A DNA stretch of 64,000 bases from Octopus vulgaris (GCA_951406725.2 OX597837.1:44826001-44890000); one strand, 5' to 3'; shown: positions 41,050 through 56,438, numbered from the stretch's first letter. The notes: generated from the sequence alone by a model not told the origin. Numbers and translations: made by a program.

Positions 41050-41580
41050 TGTTTCTTTATTTCCCACAAGGGGCTAAACATAGAGAGGACAAACAAGGAC
41101 AGACAAACGGATTAAGTCGATTACATCGACCCCAGTGCGTAACTGGTACTTAATTTATCGACCCCGAAAGGATGAATAGCAAAGTCGACCTTGGCGGAAT
41201 TTGAACTCAGAACGTAGCGGCAGACGAAATACCTATTTCGATTTCTTTATTGCCCATAAGGGGCTAAACACAGAGAGGACAAGCAAGGAAAGACAAACAG
41301 ATTAAGTCGATTACATCGACCCCAGTGTGTAACTGGTACTTAATTTATCGACCCCGAAAGGATGAATAGCAAAGTCGACCTTGGCGGAATTTGAACTCAG
41401 AACGTAGCGGCAGACGAAATACCTATTTCGATTTCTTTATTGCCCATAAGGGGCTAAACACAGAGAGGACAAGCAAGGAAAGACAAACAGATTAAGTCGA
41501 TTACATCGACCCCAGTGTGTAACTGGTACTTAATTTATCGACCCCGAAAGGATGAAAGGCAAAGTCGACCTCGGCGGAAT
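41050..41580 (-). mobile_element. Family-B SINE trimer (headless)
   Basis: Three ~190-bp body units; the two junctions share ctatttcgatttctttattgccc. Confidence 0.9.
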
Positions 41581-41968
41581 AACTATAGATGAAGGTACAA
41601 ACTGTATCACGCGGTAGAAATTTATGCAATGGCAAAAGGCCAACAGCCAATCCGAAATCATCAAATCTCGAATAACAATGTCGGCAAGAATTTTGCATAC
41701 AACATAGAATATATAATTTATATCTTCATGTTTCGTCTCAGTGCTTCATCATGTACAGTGATTTAATAAAGCGTTTACTGAAATTAAATTTTCAAGTCAA
41801 AACTAAATTTATATTTTATTTGACTCTAATATTGGTATTGATTCTGGCCGACATTAAATCTTTTGTCGTTCTAAAAACTCCTTCAAGCACAAAACTTACA
41901 TACATAGATATATATCTATATACTTAACTTATATATTTGTATACATCTATCTATCTATTTATCTATCC

Positions 41969-42028
<60 letters not shown>

Positions 42029-42104
42029 ATCTATCTAACCACTCGCTCTATCTTTATATATATATGTATGTATATAATATATTTATATTTACAGACACAT
42101 ATGC

Positions 42105-42157
<53 letters not shown>

Positions 42158-42295
42158 TATGTATATATATATGTATATTTATGCATATATATATAAATAT
42201 ATATTTATATATGTGAGTACATATGCATATACATATATATGTATGTATATATCTATATGTATTTATATATATATGTATATATATGTGTGCATATG

Positions 42296-42401
<106 letters not shown>

Positions 42402-42517
42402 GTATTTGCTTTGCAAGGTTTTAAATCTGAACTCGTGTGTCGAAACAAATCGTTTGCGTCTTGGGAGGATCATAACACAGTGTTCTAATTAGCATAACGA
42501 ACTCCCAAGACACAAGG

Positions 42518-42556
<39 letters not shown>

Positions 42557-42859
42557 CAGGGAGAGGGGGGAGAGAGAGGGAGAGAGTCAGTCAGACAGAC
42601 AGACTAAGAGACAGACAGAAAGACAGGGTGAGGGAGAATAACAATTATTGATATTATTGATGTATCAACTATCTAGCAAAATTACAGATTATCCCTGATT
42701 TATGAAAAGTATTTATTAAGACCGGTTTCGCATTAAGAGGGGAGATCATCTCAAGATTCCAAATTTCTGCAAGTTTGCGTGCATATGTATGTAAATTTGT
42801 GTTTGCTTGTGTGTGCTGAAGATGCATAAATTATTAAAAAATGTAGAAGAAATGTCTTT

Positions 42860-43187
42860 CACTCTAAAGGCTTTGCAACATTTGTTTCTGAAAGTAGTTG
42901 TTTTCTGATTGCAACCCTCCTGTGAAATCTGGCTTTGTGCAGTTTTTGGCGAACAGTTTTTGTGAAAAGTGGGTTCTCGAGGTGGTCGTTAAACTCTGCA
43001 GTAATTTTGGGAGCTGATTCTTTCTAACAATTCGCGCAAGAGTCCGACGGGGCCCATCTGAATGTTTTGGTTTTCTTCCGGAGTTTTGTTTCGACGAAGA
43101 GGTTTATCCCTCTTTCTCAAAGGCTGACATTACTTTCGAGACAGTACTTCTTGATACACCAAATATTTCGGCTGTTTTCACAGACAC
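42860..43187 (-). mobile_element. Tc1-like transposase N-terminal fragment
   Basis: TAEIFGVSRSTVSKV...SGRKPK...RRTLARIVRK...SAPKITAEFNDHLENP...KTVRQKLHK..FHRRVAIRKQLLS (paired-like HTH, GRPR-like linker, second HTH); contains stops and a frameshift. Confidence 0.8.
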
Positions 43188-43330
43188 ACACACACACACA
43201 TACATACATACATACGTACATACATACATACATACATACATACATACATACATACATACATACATACATACATACATGCATACATACATACATATATACG
43301 TACATACATGCATACACACATACATACTAA

Positions 43331-44193
43331 CGAGGTGGTATCGTAACTTCCCAGACTAGTTCTGTAGTGCGTCAGCAGATGGCAGCACACGGTTGCATGC
43401 GCAGTGAAACATGGCAGTCATCTTCAGGGGACAGTGTGCAGAAAGAAACCGCTGTATTTACTTCGAAAATTGTGAAATTTCTGATTTTATGATGACGTGT
43501 ACGCTTTATTCTGCGACATGAATTCGGAATAATGAGCCAACGTGAAATTTTGCGTTAAACTTGAGGAGTCTCCTACAGAGACATTGACCATGCTTGGGCA
43601 AGCTTACGGCGAGGGGGCAATATTTTGAGTGGCACGGGCGCTTCGAAAGTGGAAGAAAGTCCCTGTAAGACGACGAGAGATCTGGACGACCTACGACGCG
43701 TGCTACCCCCGGAAATTGAAAGAAAATTCATCAGCTTGTGCATGGGGATCATCGGAGGATAATCCATGACATTTTAAAGAGTTTGAGGGAGAACATCTGG
43801 TGAAAGAGACCGGGTCTATGGAGCGCAAAGAATTGAATTCTTCAAGATGGCAGTGCACCTTGTCACCGAGCTTTCTTCACGCATGAGTTTCTTGCGAAAA
43901 GCAACACGGTACCGTTCCGCAACCCGTCCTATTCACCAAATTTAGCACCTGCGGACTCCCTTCTCTTCCCCAAGATGAAAATACAGCACAGAAGTGGCTC
44001 TTTTAACACCATTATCGAGATCAAGAGCGAATCTCAGAAGGTCCTCGACTCGCTGCAAATGTGGCAGGAACGCTGGCTCTGGTGCATTGCTGCGCAAGGT
44101 AACTATTTAGATGGAAATAATGTTAAACGGTAGGTAAGTACGTTATTTTTTTAATAAACATAAATAGTCCAATAAATTCTTGATATCACCTCG
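43331..44193 (+). mobile_element. Internally deleted mariner (DD34D-type) with both TIRs
   Basis: ANVKFCVKLEESPTETLTMLGQAYG, FEWHGRFESGR..DDERSGRPT, ILQDGSAPCH, SYSPNLAPAD. Degenerate TIRs cgaggtggtatc...gacta / tagtc...gatatcacctcg followed by TA. Confidence 0.88.
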
Positions 44194-44616
44194 TACACAT
44201 ACACTTACATAAATATCTGCTTGTGCATGTGAGTGTGAGTGTGCATTTATGAGTGTGTGGAGATACTCGTATATGTGTAGGTGAGGGCAGGAGTGTGTGT
44301 TTGTTGGTGTGTGAATAAATATATATTCTTGTATCTCGGGAGGGTCATTATGCCAATAATAAACAGACATAAAATTTCTTGACATAATGGTTCTCAAGAG
44401 ATGCAACAAATGCTCTTTAAACTCACAAGTTCAGGTCAAGTAGCTTCCGAACGAAATGTATACATAAATATGCATATTTACACTCACAGTCACAGCCATG
44501 CACGCAACAGAAACACAAACAGACGCATACACACACAAACACACACACATTCATGCACACACACACATCATATAATATACATATATGTGTGTGTGTGTGT
44601 GTGTGTTTGTATATAT

Positions 44617-44649
<33 letters not shown>

Positions 44650-44922
44650 ATCATACATACGTTAGAAACAAATATATACGTATATATATAAATATACAAA
44701 TATGTGTGTGTATGTGTGTGTGTGTGTGTGCGTGTGTGTATTTGTGAATCCTTCTCTACCTATAGAGGAGGAGAGAGAGAGAGATAAAGATAGAGACGGA
44801 CGGACAGACAGATAGACAGATGACAGATAGAACGATAGATAGATAGATGATAGATAGATAGAAAAAGATTGGGAACGAATTCTTTAAATTGTCTAAGAAT
44901 ATCACCGTGTATATATATGCAT

Positions 44923-45038
<116 letters not shown>

Positions 45039-45373
45039 GTATATATATGTATATATATATATATATGTGTATATATATATATATACACAACCGAAAGTGC
45101 TAGTGATAGTTTCATGCTTTTATGATACACAAACAGGCATATTTATAAAATATACCATGTATCTTAGTATATTTTTATTAATATTCAGTAGAAGTGACAG
45201 AGTTGGTCAATGTCCGAGTGTTATGTTTTATTAGCACTTCGCGTTCAACTCTTCCATATCACCTAACTTTTGTTGCTCTCCAACGCTGTTGACTCTTCAT
45301 CAATACATGAAGCTGTTCATCATAAAAGAACACAAAAATTCATCAAATTTAACCCGAACACCTTACAATATAC

Positions 45374-45475
<102 letters not shown>

Positions 45476-45725
45476 ATTGTGTGTTGCTAAGTTACACATC
45501 TACATGTACTTCCATTAAGTGGCAACCACAAATAACGTTTATAACACCGAGATTATATTCTTTTCAGAAATACTTCATTTCATTAACTAATAGATATCGA
45601 TCTTAACGTTGATCTCTCATTCTTATAGTCTCAGTATTGTTGTCGTTGTTTGTTTTACACCCACACACACACACACGTACACACACAACCACCCATCCAC
45701 ACCCTCACGCACACACACACACAGT

Positions 45726-45759
<34 letters not shown>

Positions 45760-46442
45760 TATACAATTAATCCAAACATAAAACAAACACACACACACGC
45801 ACATATATATATATATCTACATATATATATATATATACATACATACATACATATATATAGATAGATACAGATATAGATATATACATATGCACTTCTACAT
45901 ATATGCACATATATATACATGTATATGTAGTGTACAAGTATATACACACACATGCAGATGGAGACGTATGTATAAATGTAAGGACATATATGTATGTATG
46001 CAAACATATAAATGTATATATATATGAATATTTGTGTCTGTGTATGTGTAATCTCATATATATATATATATATATATGGTATAATATACAGACATATTGA
46101 TGCATATTTATATACACGAGTGACCTCAGATCAAACTGTAGTCGGGGTCAACCATGATCTTCTGGTCTTAGAGTCTAAAAAGTAAACATGCGATTTTTCT
46201 ACAGTGTCTGTTTCCATATCGATGCTAAAAGATTGTGTTTGGTCCCTATGAAAATCTGACCTCGTACCCCCTCTACTAATTATGTCTTACATATAACCCT
46301 ATCTCTCGCTGCGAATTACTACTATCATTACAGTATTTGTCTCATAGATCCATATATAGCACACATACAAGCACTCGTGCATACATATATAAAAGTTGGT
46401 ATGTAAAATCGCCTATGTACATGTATCAATATCTGTATGTAT

Positions 46443-46870
46443 GTCATTATTCAGTTTATTTCATGATGTCTTGCTAAGAGAGAAAGAACCGGTTTCTAAC
46501 CTACTTCCAAGAATCTTTCATTGGAATTTCAACGTCTACAACGGGGTATTTTTGTATGTATGTATGTATGTATGTATGTATGTATGTATGTATGTATGTA
46601 TGCATGCATGTATGTATGTATGTATGTATGTATGTATGTATGTATGTATGTATGTATGCAAGTAAGTATGTATGTATGTGCAAATTTGTATGTGTTCTGT
46701 ATGTATTCCCAAGCATATAGTTGCATATCTAGACATGCTCATGCTCATATATATTTAAATGATAAACTTCTGGAAAGTTTTACAGATTTTTACAGTTCCA
46801 GTGATTGATTGGATTTGTAGCCTTCGAATGAGCTTTCTCCCTTCTGGTTCTGAGAAGCCTAATTTCCCAC
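46443..46870 (-). mobile_element. Third R4/Dong-like LINE 3' end
   Basis: Same terminal UTR, (TACA)n and ORF end as 35034-35745. Confidence 0.78.
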
Positions 46871-47317
46871 GCTTGGTATTTGGGCATCAAATGGTAAAAT
46901 CCAATAGTATAAAATATACACATATGTACGAATTAAAAAGGTGATAAAACCTTAAAGGGTAATACGAGTGAAGTCGAATGAAGAAAAATATATGGAATAA
47001 ATTCATGCATAATAAAGGCGACTAAAAATTTAAGACAATGGAGCTAAAATAATATAAATATATAAAACTTCAAAAGCATAGCTATAAAAAATGAAAAGGT
47101 AAGAAAACCAGAACAGACTCCATTTAAGTCCATCTTGGGAATGCTATAAAATTGTTTTGATCGTTTGGAATGTTTATTCATTATACCTTTAAGTTTATTT
47201 TTCCTTTCGCTTCGGTGTCACCTGAGCACTTCCAGCTGCTGTGTCCTATTTTTATATATGTTCTTCGGTTTAACGAAATTGCCTTTCGGTTTAGCGAAGT
47301 CATAAAATTATCTTCTG

Positions 47318-47377
<60 letters not shown>

Positions 47378-47557
47378 TTACATATGTAATGCGTGTATGT
47401 ATGTGTGTGTGTTGTGTGTGTGTGTGAGTTTGATCAGAAGATTTCTTACCAACCACAAGGTTCCGGGTTCAGTCCCACTGCGTGGGTACCTTGGGCAGTA
47501 TGTCTTCTACTATAGTCTCGGGCCGACCAAAGCATTGTGAGTGGATTTAGAATCCCG

Positions 47558-47604
<47 letters not shown>

Positions 47605-47667
47605 CCTTTCATACGTTTCAGCCTTGAGGCTGTGGCCAAGCTGGGGTACCGCCAGTGCAGTATTGGA

Positions 47668-47789
47668 ATGCTTACAGCACTTAGGTTTCCCAAGCGGTCA
47701 CCCATCTAAGTTCTAACTAGGCTCGATGTTGCTAAACTTCGGTGATAGGACGAGAACTGGTGCTTTCAACGTAATATTAGGTCGTATAT
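47668..47789 (-). pseudogene. 5S rRNA pseudogene
   Basis: Minus strand tacgacctaatattacgttgaaagcaccagttctcgtcctatcaccgaagtttagcaacatcgagcctagttagaacttagatgggtgaccgcttgggaaacctaagtgctgtaagc is a full-length but substituted metazoan 5S sequence; single, not in an array. Confidence 0.88.
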
Positions 47790-47790
47790 A

Positions 47791-48605
47791 TTGGGTGTTC
47801 GGACTAAAAATAAAACTGTTTGAATAAAAGGAAGAAGAAAAATGACATCGAAAAATAATTGTATTTCAGAAAAATGAGAAGATTATGCCAACTGGATTAG
47901 GACTGGGAGAGCAGATACCCTCAGCTTCTTCAAAGGCGTCAGAACGGTGTCGGATTCCGGTGCATGCGTTCCTTGCTGTGTTGCGGCGAAGATCTTCGAA
48001 CATCTCCTTGATGTTGGCCACCAGTTCGGCCTTGGTGTCGCAGGCAGAACCAGTTGGTGCCTTCCTCACAGCTGCAACATATGTAATAAACCACGGCATT
48101 ACAATCTGGGAGAGTAAGAGGCCAAACAATGGGGGGGGGGAGAAGTCGTAGAAATATTCCGACAAGCAGTTCTGACTCATTCCAGAGATATTGCAGAAGG
48201 CGGCGAGCTGGCAGAAACGTTAGCACGCCGGGCGAAATGCGTAGCCGTATTTCGTCTGCCGCTACGTTCTGAGTTCAAATTCCGCCGAGGTCGACTTTGC
48301 CTTTCATCATTTCGGTGTCGATTAAATAAGTACCAGTTATGCACTGGGGTCGATGTAATTGACTTAATCCCTTTGTCTGTCCTTGTTTGTCCCCTCTATG
48401 TTTAGCCCCCTGTGGGCAATAAAGAAATAGATATTGCAAGGAACCAAATCCTGCTGGCACACGTAGCCTTCAAGTAGTAACCCTCTCCAGCCGGGGACTG
48501 ACCACAGCCTCCATAGCTTCGTAAAGCTATTTGGATTGAGCCTAATCCTTGTTCAACGATTTAGGCTGCATCATGTACAACTTCACTGGAGACACATCAT
48601 AAGAC
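47791..48605 (-). mobile_element. Tc1/mariner superfamily (DD37D/maT-like) transposase C-terminal relic, split by a SINE
   Basis: ...LERVTT..YVCQQDLVPC | ...VWPLTLPDCNAVVYY... ACDTKAELVANIKEMFEDL..NTARNAC...EAEG (degenerate QQDSAP and WPPxSPDCNP motifs). Confidence 0.72.
48199..48430 (+). mobile_element. Full-length family-B SINE with target-site duplication
   Basis: agatattgca at 48186-95 and 48429-38. Confidence 0.92.
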
Positions 48606-48624
48606 ACACTCACTGTTTGAGCGA

Positions 48625-48925
48625 ACTTGTATTTACTTCGAAAGTTGCGAAATTTCTGTTTTTATGATCACGTGTACGCTTTATTCTGCGACATGAAGTT
48701 GGAATAAAGAGCCAACATGAAATTTTGCGTTAAACCTGGGGAGTCTTCTACAGAGTCATTGACCATGCTTGGGCAAGCTTACGGCGACGGGGTAATGTTT
48801 TGAGTGGTACGGGCGCTTCGAAAGTGGAAGAAAGTCCCTGGGAGACGACGAGCGATCTGGACGATCTACGACCCGTGTCACGCCCGGAAATTGAAATAAC
48901 ATTCATGAGCTTGTGCATGGGGAAC
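48625..48925 (+). mobile_element. Second copy of mariner 5' region
   Basis: Colinear with 43455-43748. Confidence 0.85.
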
Positions 48926-49146
48926 TTCCTGATGTCCATATCGAGCCTTGCAGACCTTACAGTGGTCACAGTGCATTTAGCAGTAATTATGGTATTGGCT
49001 CTTTGATAGCCGGTGCAAATCTAGTAGTCAGATCATCTCCAGTCCTCCATATCAGCTAACATTTTCACGAATATAACTCGAATCTTGATGCTCTCCAACG
49101 CTGTTGAGTGTTCATCGATACATAAAGCTGTTACTAACAAAAGAAG

Positions 49147-49178
<32 letters not shown>

Positions 49179-49180
<2 letters not shown>

Positions 49181-49349
49181 CGCAGGAGTGGCTGTGTGGT
49201 AAGTAGCTTGCTAACCAACCACATGGTTCTAGGTTCAGTCCCACTGCGTGGCACCTTGGGCAGGTGTCTTCTGCTATAGCCCCGGGCCGACCAATGCCTT
49301 ATGAGTGGATTTGGTAGACGGAAACTGAAAGAAGCCTGTCGTATATATG

Positions 49350-49380
<31 letters not shown>

Positions 49381-49604
49381 TTGTGTGTCTGTGTTTGTCC
49401 CCTTAGCATTGCTTGAAAACCGATGCTGGTGTGTTTATGTCCCCGTTACTTAGCGGTTCGGCAAAACAGACCAATAGAATAAGTACTGGGCTTACAAAGA
49501 ATAAGTCCCGGGGTCGATTTGCTCGACTAAAGGCGGTGCTCCAGCATGGCCGCATCCAAATGACTGAAACAAGTAAAACAGTAAAAGAGTAAAAAGAGAA
49601 AAGA

Positions 49605-49605
<1 letters not shown>
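49179..49605 (+). mobile_element. Family-A SINE, full-length reference copy
   Basis: ggcgcaggagtggctgtgtggtaag (A box)...ggttcagtccc (B box), ccttgggcaggtgtc CORE-like segment, internal (TA)n(TG)n, tail aaaagagta repeats. Confidence 0.92.
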
Positions 49606-49651
<46 letters not shown>

Positions 49652-50273
49652 TATTTATACATATGTGTATGTATGTAATGCATACATACATGTAGGTATA
49701 TATGTATGTATACATATATGAATATATGTATGTATATATATATGTATGCATGTATATATATGTGTATATGTGTATATATACATATATATATATATGTATT
49801 TGTATATATGCATATATCTGTGTATGCCTATGTGTGCCTATGTCTATAAGTTCAGAAAGGATACACAGCAACGAGACTTACTCCATTCTCTGTGTCTGTA
49901 AATATGCAACCGAAATAGCAATCAGTCTGATAGATTTTGGCAAACATACAAGGCCTATGTCTTTTCACTGACATCTCTCATAGACTACTGGGTCAAATGA
50001 ATATACGCGCTCACACACATACACACCCACCCACGGCGCGAGCGCGCAGACAAACGCACGCACGCGTACACTCATACGTGCGTACATATGCTCGAGCATA
50101 TCCTCACATGCACACATATACACAAACACAAGCAGTCACATACACAGACACAAACATATACACACATATACAGACATATTCAGACACACACACGCAGACG
50201 CCCTCTAAATCTATATATATATATCCATATATATAAAACATATATATATGTATATGTATATCCATACATATAA

Positions 50274-50352
<79 letters not shown>

Positions 50353-50435
50353 ATACACATAAACAAACACACACACATATAGCTAATTAGATAGATAGAT
50401 AGAAAAATAGATAGATATATAGACAGATTTGTATA

Positions 50436-50478
<43 letters not shown>

Positions 50479-50487
50479 GTGCGCATA

Positions 50488-50543
<56 letters not shown>

Positions 50544-50556
50544 GAAAGAGAGTGTG

Positions 50557-50590
<34 letters not shown>

Positions 50591-50636
50591 GTGTGTGTAC
50601 GTGCTTGCGCACCACCTACATGATGTGTATACACGC

Positions 50637-50668
<32 letters not shown>

Positions 50669-51742
50669 ATTTGTACGTATGTATATGTGTGTTGCTGTAC
50701 TTGTTGCGGTTGTTGCTGCTGTTATTGTTGTAGTGGTTGAAGTGAATGGTGTGTTAGTGAATAGCATTTTTTTTGTTGTTGTTGTTGTTGTTATAATTCA
50801 CCGCCACACCGTTGGTTAGCATTTGCACCAAATATCTATTATGAAGTTCCAGCTTAGATCTGTCTATGTTACTTTAGAGAAATATGACTGTCAGCATCTT
50901 GACAGACACGCACGCTCCCGCCCACATACACGCTCATACGATTCCCACACATAAGTTGGTACAAGTGTCCTTAGAGCAGTGTGTATGTGTGTGTGAGTCT
51001 GTGTGTGTGTGTGTGTGTGTGTTTATTAATTAAATAAGCACAAAGTAGCGTTGAGTGAAGTATATTTTTCTACAATCAGATATGACATGTTCGAGTACAG
51101 TTGAACGTGATAAGACTATACGCTGCAGAAACTCACTGCTATGCCAGGAATGACATGAATAAGCCGTATGGCGCCTACATCTCTGAGTCACCTCGCTTGG
51201 TCAACTAAATACCTCGAGCCTTCCCTCATGGCCATTCTGAACTGGACGCCCTTATAGTAGAATAGCAAATGATACATATACGAAAAGCTGTGTGAGAAGA
51301 CATTTTTTTTTAAAGCAAATCGTATATTTTCTGAGTGCATAAAAATCTGTCATGCTGGAAATAAATTAATTAGAGACGCAGTACGCAGCGGTTGATGAAA
51401 TATGGTCGTGCGTAATCAAATTTAACATTCGTGTACACTTTATCATGGAAAGGCCATATGCTACACAGACACATTCAAGAGAAGAAATGTTCCTTATAGA
51501 GACTGTGATTGGAAACATTAAGACATAAAATACATCACAGGACTGTAGGACGTATGCGTTTGTCCATCGTTACGTTTCGTCAGCTGTGTAACCCTAGGCA
51601 TCGTTCATGCTCACTATGAGGTGCACGCTCTTATATAACAATAGAAACTGGTTCATTGCTGATGAAAGAAATGTTGTGTGAGAAAGCATTTTCGATTAAT
51701 CATAATGGTCCGCAGGTTTTGTAGTTATCTAAACTGGCTGTT

Positions 51743-51803
<61 letters not shown>

Positions 51804-51811
51804 AATATATA

Positions 51812-52090
51812 TAGTTAATCCAAACAAGAAAGCACAATAAAAAACACAACAACGTGAGGACGTGGAACAAATATAGTATTATTGGACGCTCAGGAAAGAA
51901 GGAAAGAAGGAGAGTTTATCGTTTCGAGCGGTGGTCTTCGTCGGAAACATAGGAGAAGGAAAGATCTAGAGAAGGGAAAACAGAGGAAGAAAATCGCCAA
52001 CGGTACACACGCTAGGGAGTATAGCTCCAAACTTGCAGGGAAAAACTCGATTAAGTATTAAATCAAACTTCACAGTATAAATATATAAAA
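51812..52090 (-). mobile_element. Penelope-like terminal-repeat relics between (TA)n tracts
   Basis: Minus strand 51948-51914: gttt-CCGACGA-a-GACC-acc-GCTC-GAAA-cg-AT-aaac. 52012-52085 is homologous to 12314-12385. Confidence 0.55.
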
Positions 52091-52342
52091 AAAATAATAT
52101 ATATATATATATATATATATATTATTTTAATTATATTTATATTATTTGTTATTTATGTATTGGTTTATGTCTATCACTGTTTGAGTTGCATAATAGTGGT
52201 TTTATCTCTAATTCATATTTTATATTTTATTTTTTAGAAATCGTAATGAAGCACATATACCTATGTACTAATGTGACTCGCACACCTATGCAAGAAGTGT
52301 TATTTGCAACCACACACACATACATACATGTATGTATGTATG

Positions 52343-52439
<97 letters not shown>

Positions 52440-54202
52440 CAAAATTGCTTGTCAGACCATCATCAGCTGTGAACTGAGAATTATAACGGTTTCGATGCTG
52501 GGGACTGCTAATTTTCCTAAGGTTGATAAACTAAAATACCATACAAGTGCCACTAGCTATTTAGTCAAATGGTCCCGCCGACCACCAATATATATGGCCG
52601 TGTATCAGACTTTATTATTTCTACAGTGTATGCAATGGGACAGCAGGAATCATTTGCGCGTCGGACAAAACGCTTAGCAGCATTTTCCGGTTCTAAACGA
52701 TGTCAGTTCATCTTCCACCGAGGTCAACTTTTCCTATCATCCTTTTAAATAAAGTACCGGACCAAGTCCTGGAGTCGGCGTAACCGACTTGCTCTGTCCC
52801 CTAATAATAATTGCTGGCCGTGTACCAAAAGTAGAAACAAATATTTCTACTGTTGAAATGCGTGGCACAACACAAACAGGGATAAACCATTAGGAACCAT
52901 CCGCAACGATTTCTAAAAAATAGAATGTCTAGTTTTTTAGAATAACGTCTTTATTTTCGCGAAGCCGTTGCTATGGATTTAGTACGTTGGTAATCTTGGA
53001 TTTCTCTGAAGTAACTGTAGATAGAATTTAACTTCGTTGTGTGCATAAAGTGATGAATTATTCAATATCTTGATTGGATTTTTAAGGCATCAGATGTTTG
53101 CGCGAATTAATTTCTTCGTCTTGTGAATACCCAAATAGCTTTCGAGAATTCGACTCACACTTATCTGTCCATAGACGCATACACGCACATATACATGTAC
53201 ACATATAAACGTGTGCACATACAGAGGTACATACTTTCGTACACGCACACACACACGCACATACATTCACCTATGAATACAGATAAATACATTCACACGC
53301 ATAATTACATACGCATTACTTACTCGCATATTTTCCTAAGCCCACATTCGCACACACTTCCTTATATATCCTCACACGTACACACGCGTACACATTTATC
53401 ACATACATGCACATATATTCACTTTGCACCCACATTCAAACATTCTCGCATTCATATACACATTCACTCATATTCCCATATACGCACATGATCAATACAT
53501 CTACATCTATACATTCGCATTCATCCACAAATATACATAGACATAAACACACACACAGACACTAACAAGCACCTACATACAAGCATCTGCATTCACACTC
53601 ATTAACACACACTACTTCAACACACACCTCAATCAATTCACCCGCGCCAATATCTTCACATATATAAACGCAGATTCACACATATTTACACTGACGTACA
53701 CTCTTACATGCTCTAACTCTCCCTCTCATTTCTTCTTCCTCTCTCTCCTCTCTTAATTACTCAAATATCACCATTCGGTATACAGCTGGTGTCTGCACAT
53801 AATATACCTTTTGTTGTAAAGTTCCACATTTTATACCTTCATAATACTTAAAAATATTATTTATTATTCCAAATATTATTGAGAATAACTTTGCTTATTG
53901 CTTCGTATTCGTTATCTGTTTATTGAAACTTCTGCTGTTATGATTTCTTTCAGACAGCCCTATTGACTAAGAACCATTATTTGCTACTAAATGATTTATG
54001 AGGTGCACACAGCCACTGATGTTTTCAAGCTTTATGTTTAAAATAAAATATTGGGAGATTTCGACAATAATGTGTCTGCCGTAGTTTACTTCACCTTTGA
54101 TGTGCTGAATGATGAAGTTTTATGTATGTATATGTATATTTATATGTGTCTATATATGTGTTTATGTGTGTATTATATATGTGTATATTCACGTTGGTAT
54201 GC

Positions 54203-54241
<39 letters not shown>

Positions 54242-54339
54242 TATATATATATATATATACATTGAGTATGTATGAATGTGTATCTATAATGTGTGTATAA
54301 TGTTTAAGTGTATTTATGTTTGTGTGTGCTTGTATTAAT

Positions 54340-54620
54340 ACTTTTTAACTCTTTCACTCTTTCACGTATTTCAGTCCTTGGCTTACGGCCATGTTGGGAG
54401 ACCGCTTTGTAGAGTAAATCAAGCAAATAACCCCAGTGCTTGCTTTTTAAGTCTTGGACACCAAAGTCTCTCACTCTCTCTCTCATACACACACACAAAT
54501 AAACAAACAGAAGCACATAAACAGGGACTATGGTAGGAATCACTCGTCCAAAGTGTTGTGCAGTGGGACTGAAAGCCAAAACACATGAACACGAAGCTAA
54601 CTTGTGAACCACATATCTGT
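54340..54620 (-). mobile_element. Old family-A SINE
   Basis: Degenerate tail and gcagtgggactgaa head remnant. Confidence 0.6.
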
Positions 54621-55277
54621 GTACAGCGTACATATGTATGTATGTATGTTTGTATGTAATTAAGCATATAGTATGAAAATATATAAATATATATATACAC
54701 ATATATATACATATGTATATATACACACATATATATATGCATACATATATATATATATATATATACTAAAAATGAACTGAGTGCATAAACAATAAATAGT
54801 AAATAGTAAATACTATTTACTATATATATACTCTTATATATACACATATGGACACACACATATATATATGTACATACATATATGCATATATATATATTAT
54901 ATATATTCATGTAAGTATGAAGTAATACGTTTATGTACGTGTATATGTATGTAAGCTTATAAGAAGTTTGAAACTTTGTCGAATAATTGAAGAGAGTGTT
55001 TTGCCATTACTGATAAATTTTACAAGAAATATTTTATGATCTGCTTCTATTGCAAAGTGTATAAGATAAGAGAGGACATATTTATGAAATATCTTATACA
55101 CTCACACAACATATCAGTCACAAAAGCCTTCATTTTGCTTTGACAAACGTTATTGAATCAAAAACAATGAATAATATTGCGTTTTCTTTGATTGTCAGCT
55201 TGTAATGTAATTAAACTTAAATCAACCACATCATCGTTGGCACGTATTGTTTGCACGTTGCGATTTCATTAAGGAAT

Positions 55278-55669
55278 ACTCTTTACTCTTTACTCTTTTA
55301 CTTGTTTCAGTCATTTGACTCGCGGCCATGCTGGAGCACCGCCTTTAGTCGAGAAAATCGACCCCGGGACTTATTCTTTGTAAGCCCAGTACTTATTCTA
55401 TCGGTCTGTTTTGCCGAACCGCTAAGTGACGGTTGTCAAGCAATGCTAGGGGGACAAACACAGACACACAAACATATACACACACACATATATATATACA
55501 TATATACGACAGGCTTCTTTCAGTTTCCGCCTACCAAATCCACTCACAAGGCATTGGTCGGCCCGGGGCTATAGCAGTAGTCACTTGCCCAAGATGCCAC
55601 GCAGTGGGACTGAACCCGAAACCATGTGGTTGGTTAGCAAGCTACTTACCACACAGCCACTCCTGCGCC
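55278..55669 (-). mobile_element. Family-A SINE
   Basis: Reverse-complement match with a small internal deletion. Confidence 0.9.
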
Positions 55670-56294
55670 AATACGACAGTTGTGTTAAAATTGCTTCCTT
55701 CAATACATTCAATGCTGTTTATTTTATGGATGTCGCCTTCTGTTTCATATCTGCTTTTGTAAGTAAAGGTATTTACACCATTAAATTGATATAGAAAGAC
55801 AGAAGATAAAAGGCACCCAAAAGTATGTTCCTATCTATATCATCTGTATTTTCCAAAACATTTCAATTGCCGTATTTACTCTTGTATAAATTGTAATATT
55901 GTACTATATACTTGATTTTAAATTAAAAACAAATGAAAATTATACACGGGGTAAAGTGCACAAAAAAATTTGTATCAAGATTTAATTCAAAAGTTAGCGT
56001 CCGATTTAGAGATGAGTAAAATTAGTAGCTGAGTAAATTATAGCTACCTCACCTGTTTGTTGTTAACAGGTTTCAAACAGACATAGGTGACTTTCGCCTA
56101 CTAACTACAGGGATAATCTTAATTAACAAAAGATTTTCAACTCTCAGTTATATACGTATGACTTTTACAGTATCTGTATTCAGTATGCTGCTCGTTGCCT
56201 TAAGATATTTTACCTCAACCATTTTGACAGTTTTCATAATGATCGTTATAATACTTCGAATGTAGCTAGGTCCTACATCAAGAAGACAGAGAGA

Positions 56295-56325
<31 letters not shown>

Positions 56326-56374
56326 ATGTATGTATGTATGTATGTATGTATGTATATAAGTATAAATATGTATG

Positions 56375-56438
<64 letters not shown>

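Noticed and set aside
42700-42770. GAAACCGGTC followed by AATAAA on the minus strand as a hammerhead
   Set aside because: No intact CUGANGA or stem II; at most a heavily decayed relic.
52445-52580. Second GAAAC...CTGATGA ordering on the minus strand (52493-52460) as a permuted hammerhead
   Set aside because: A bulged stem II is conceivable, but I could not form stem I or a convincing stem III in register.
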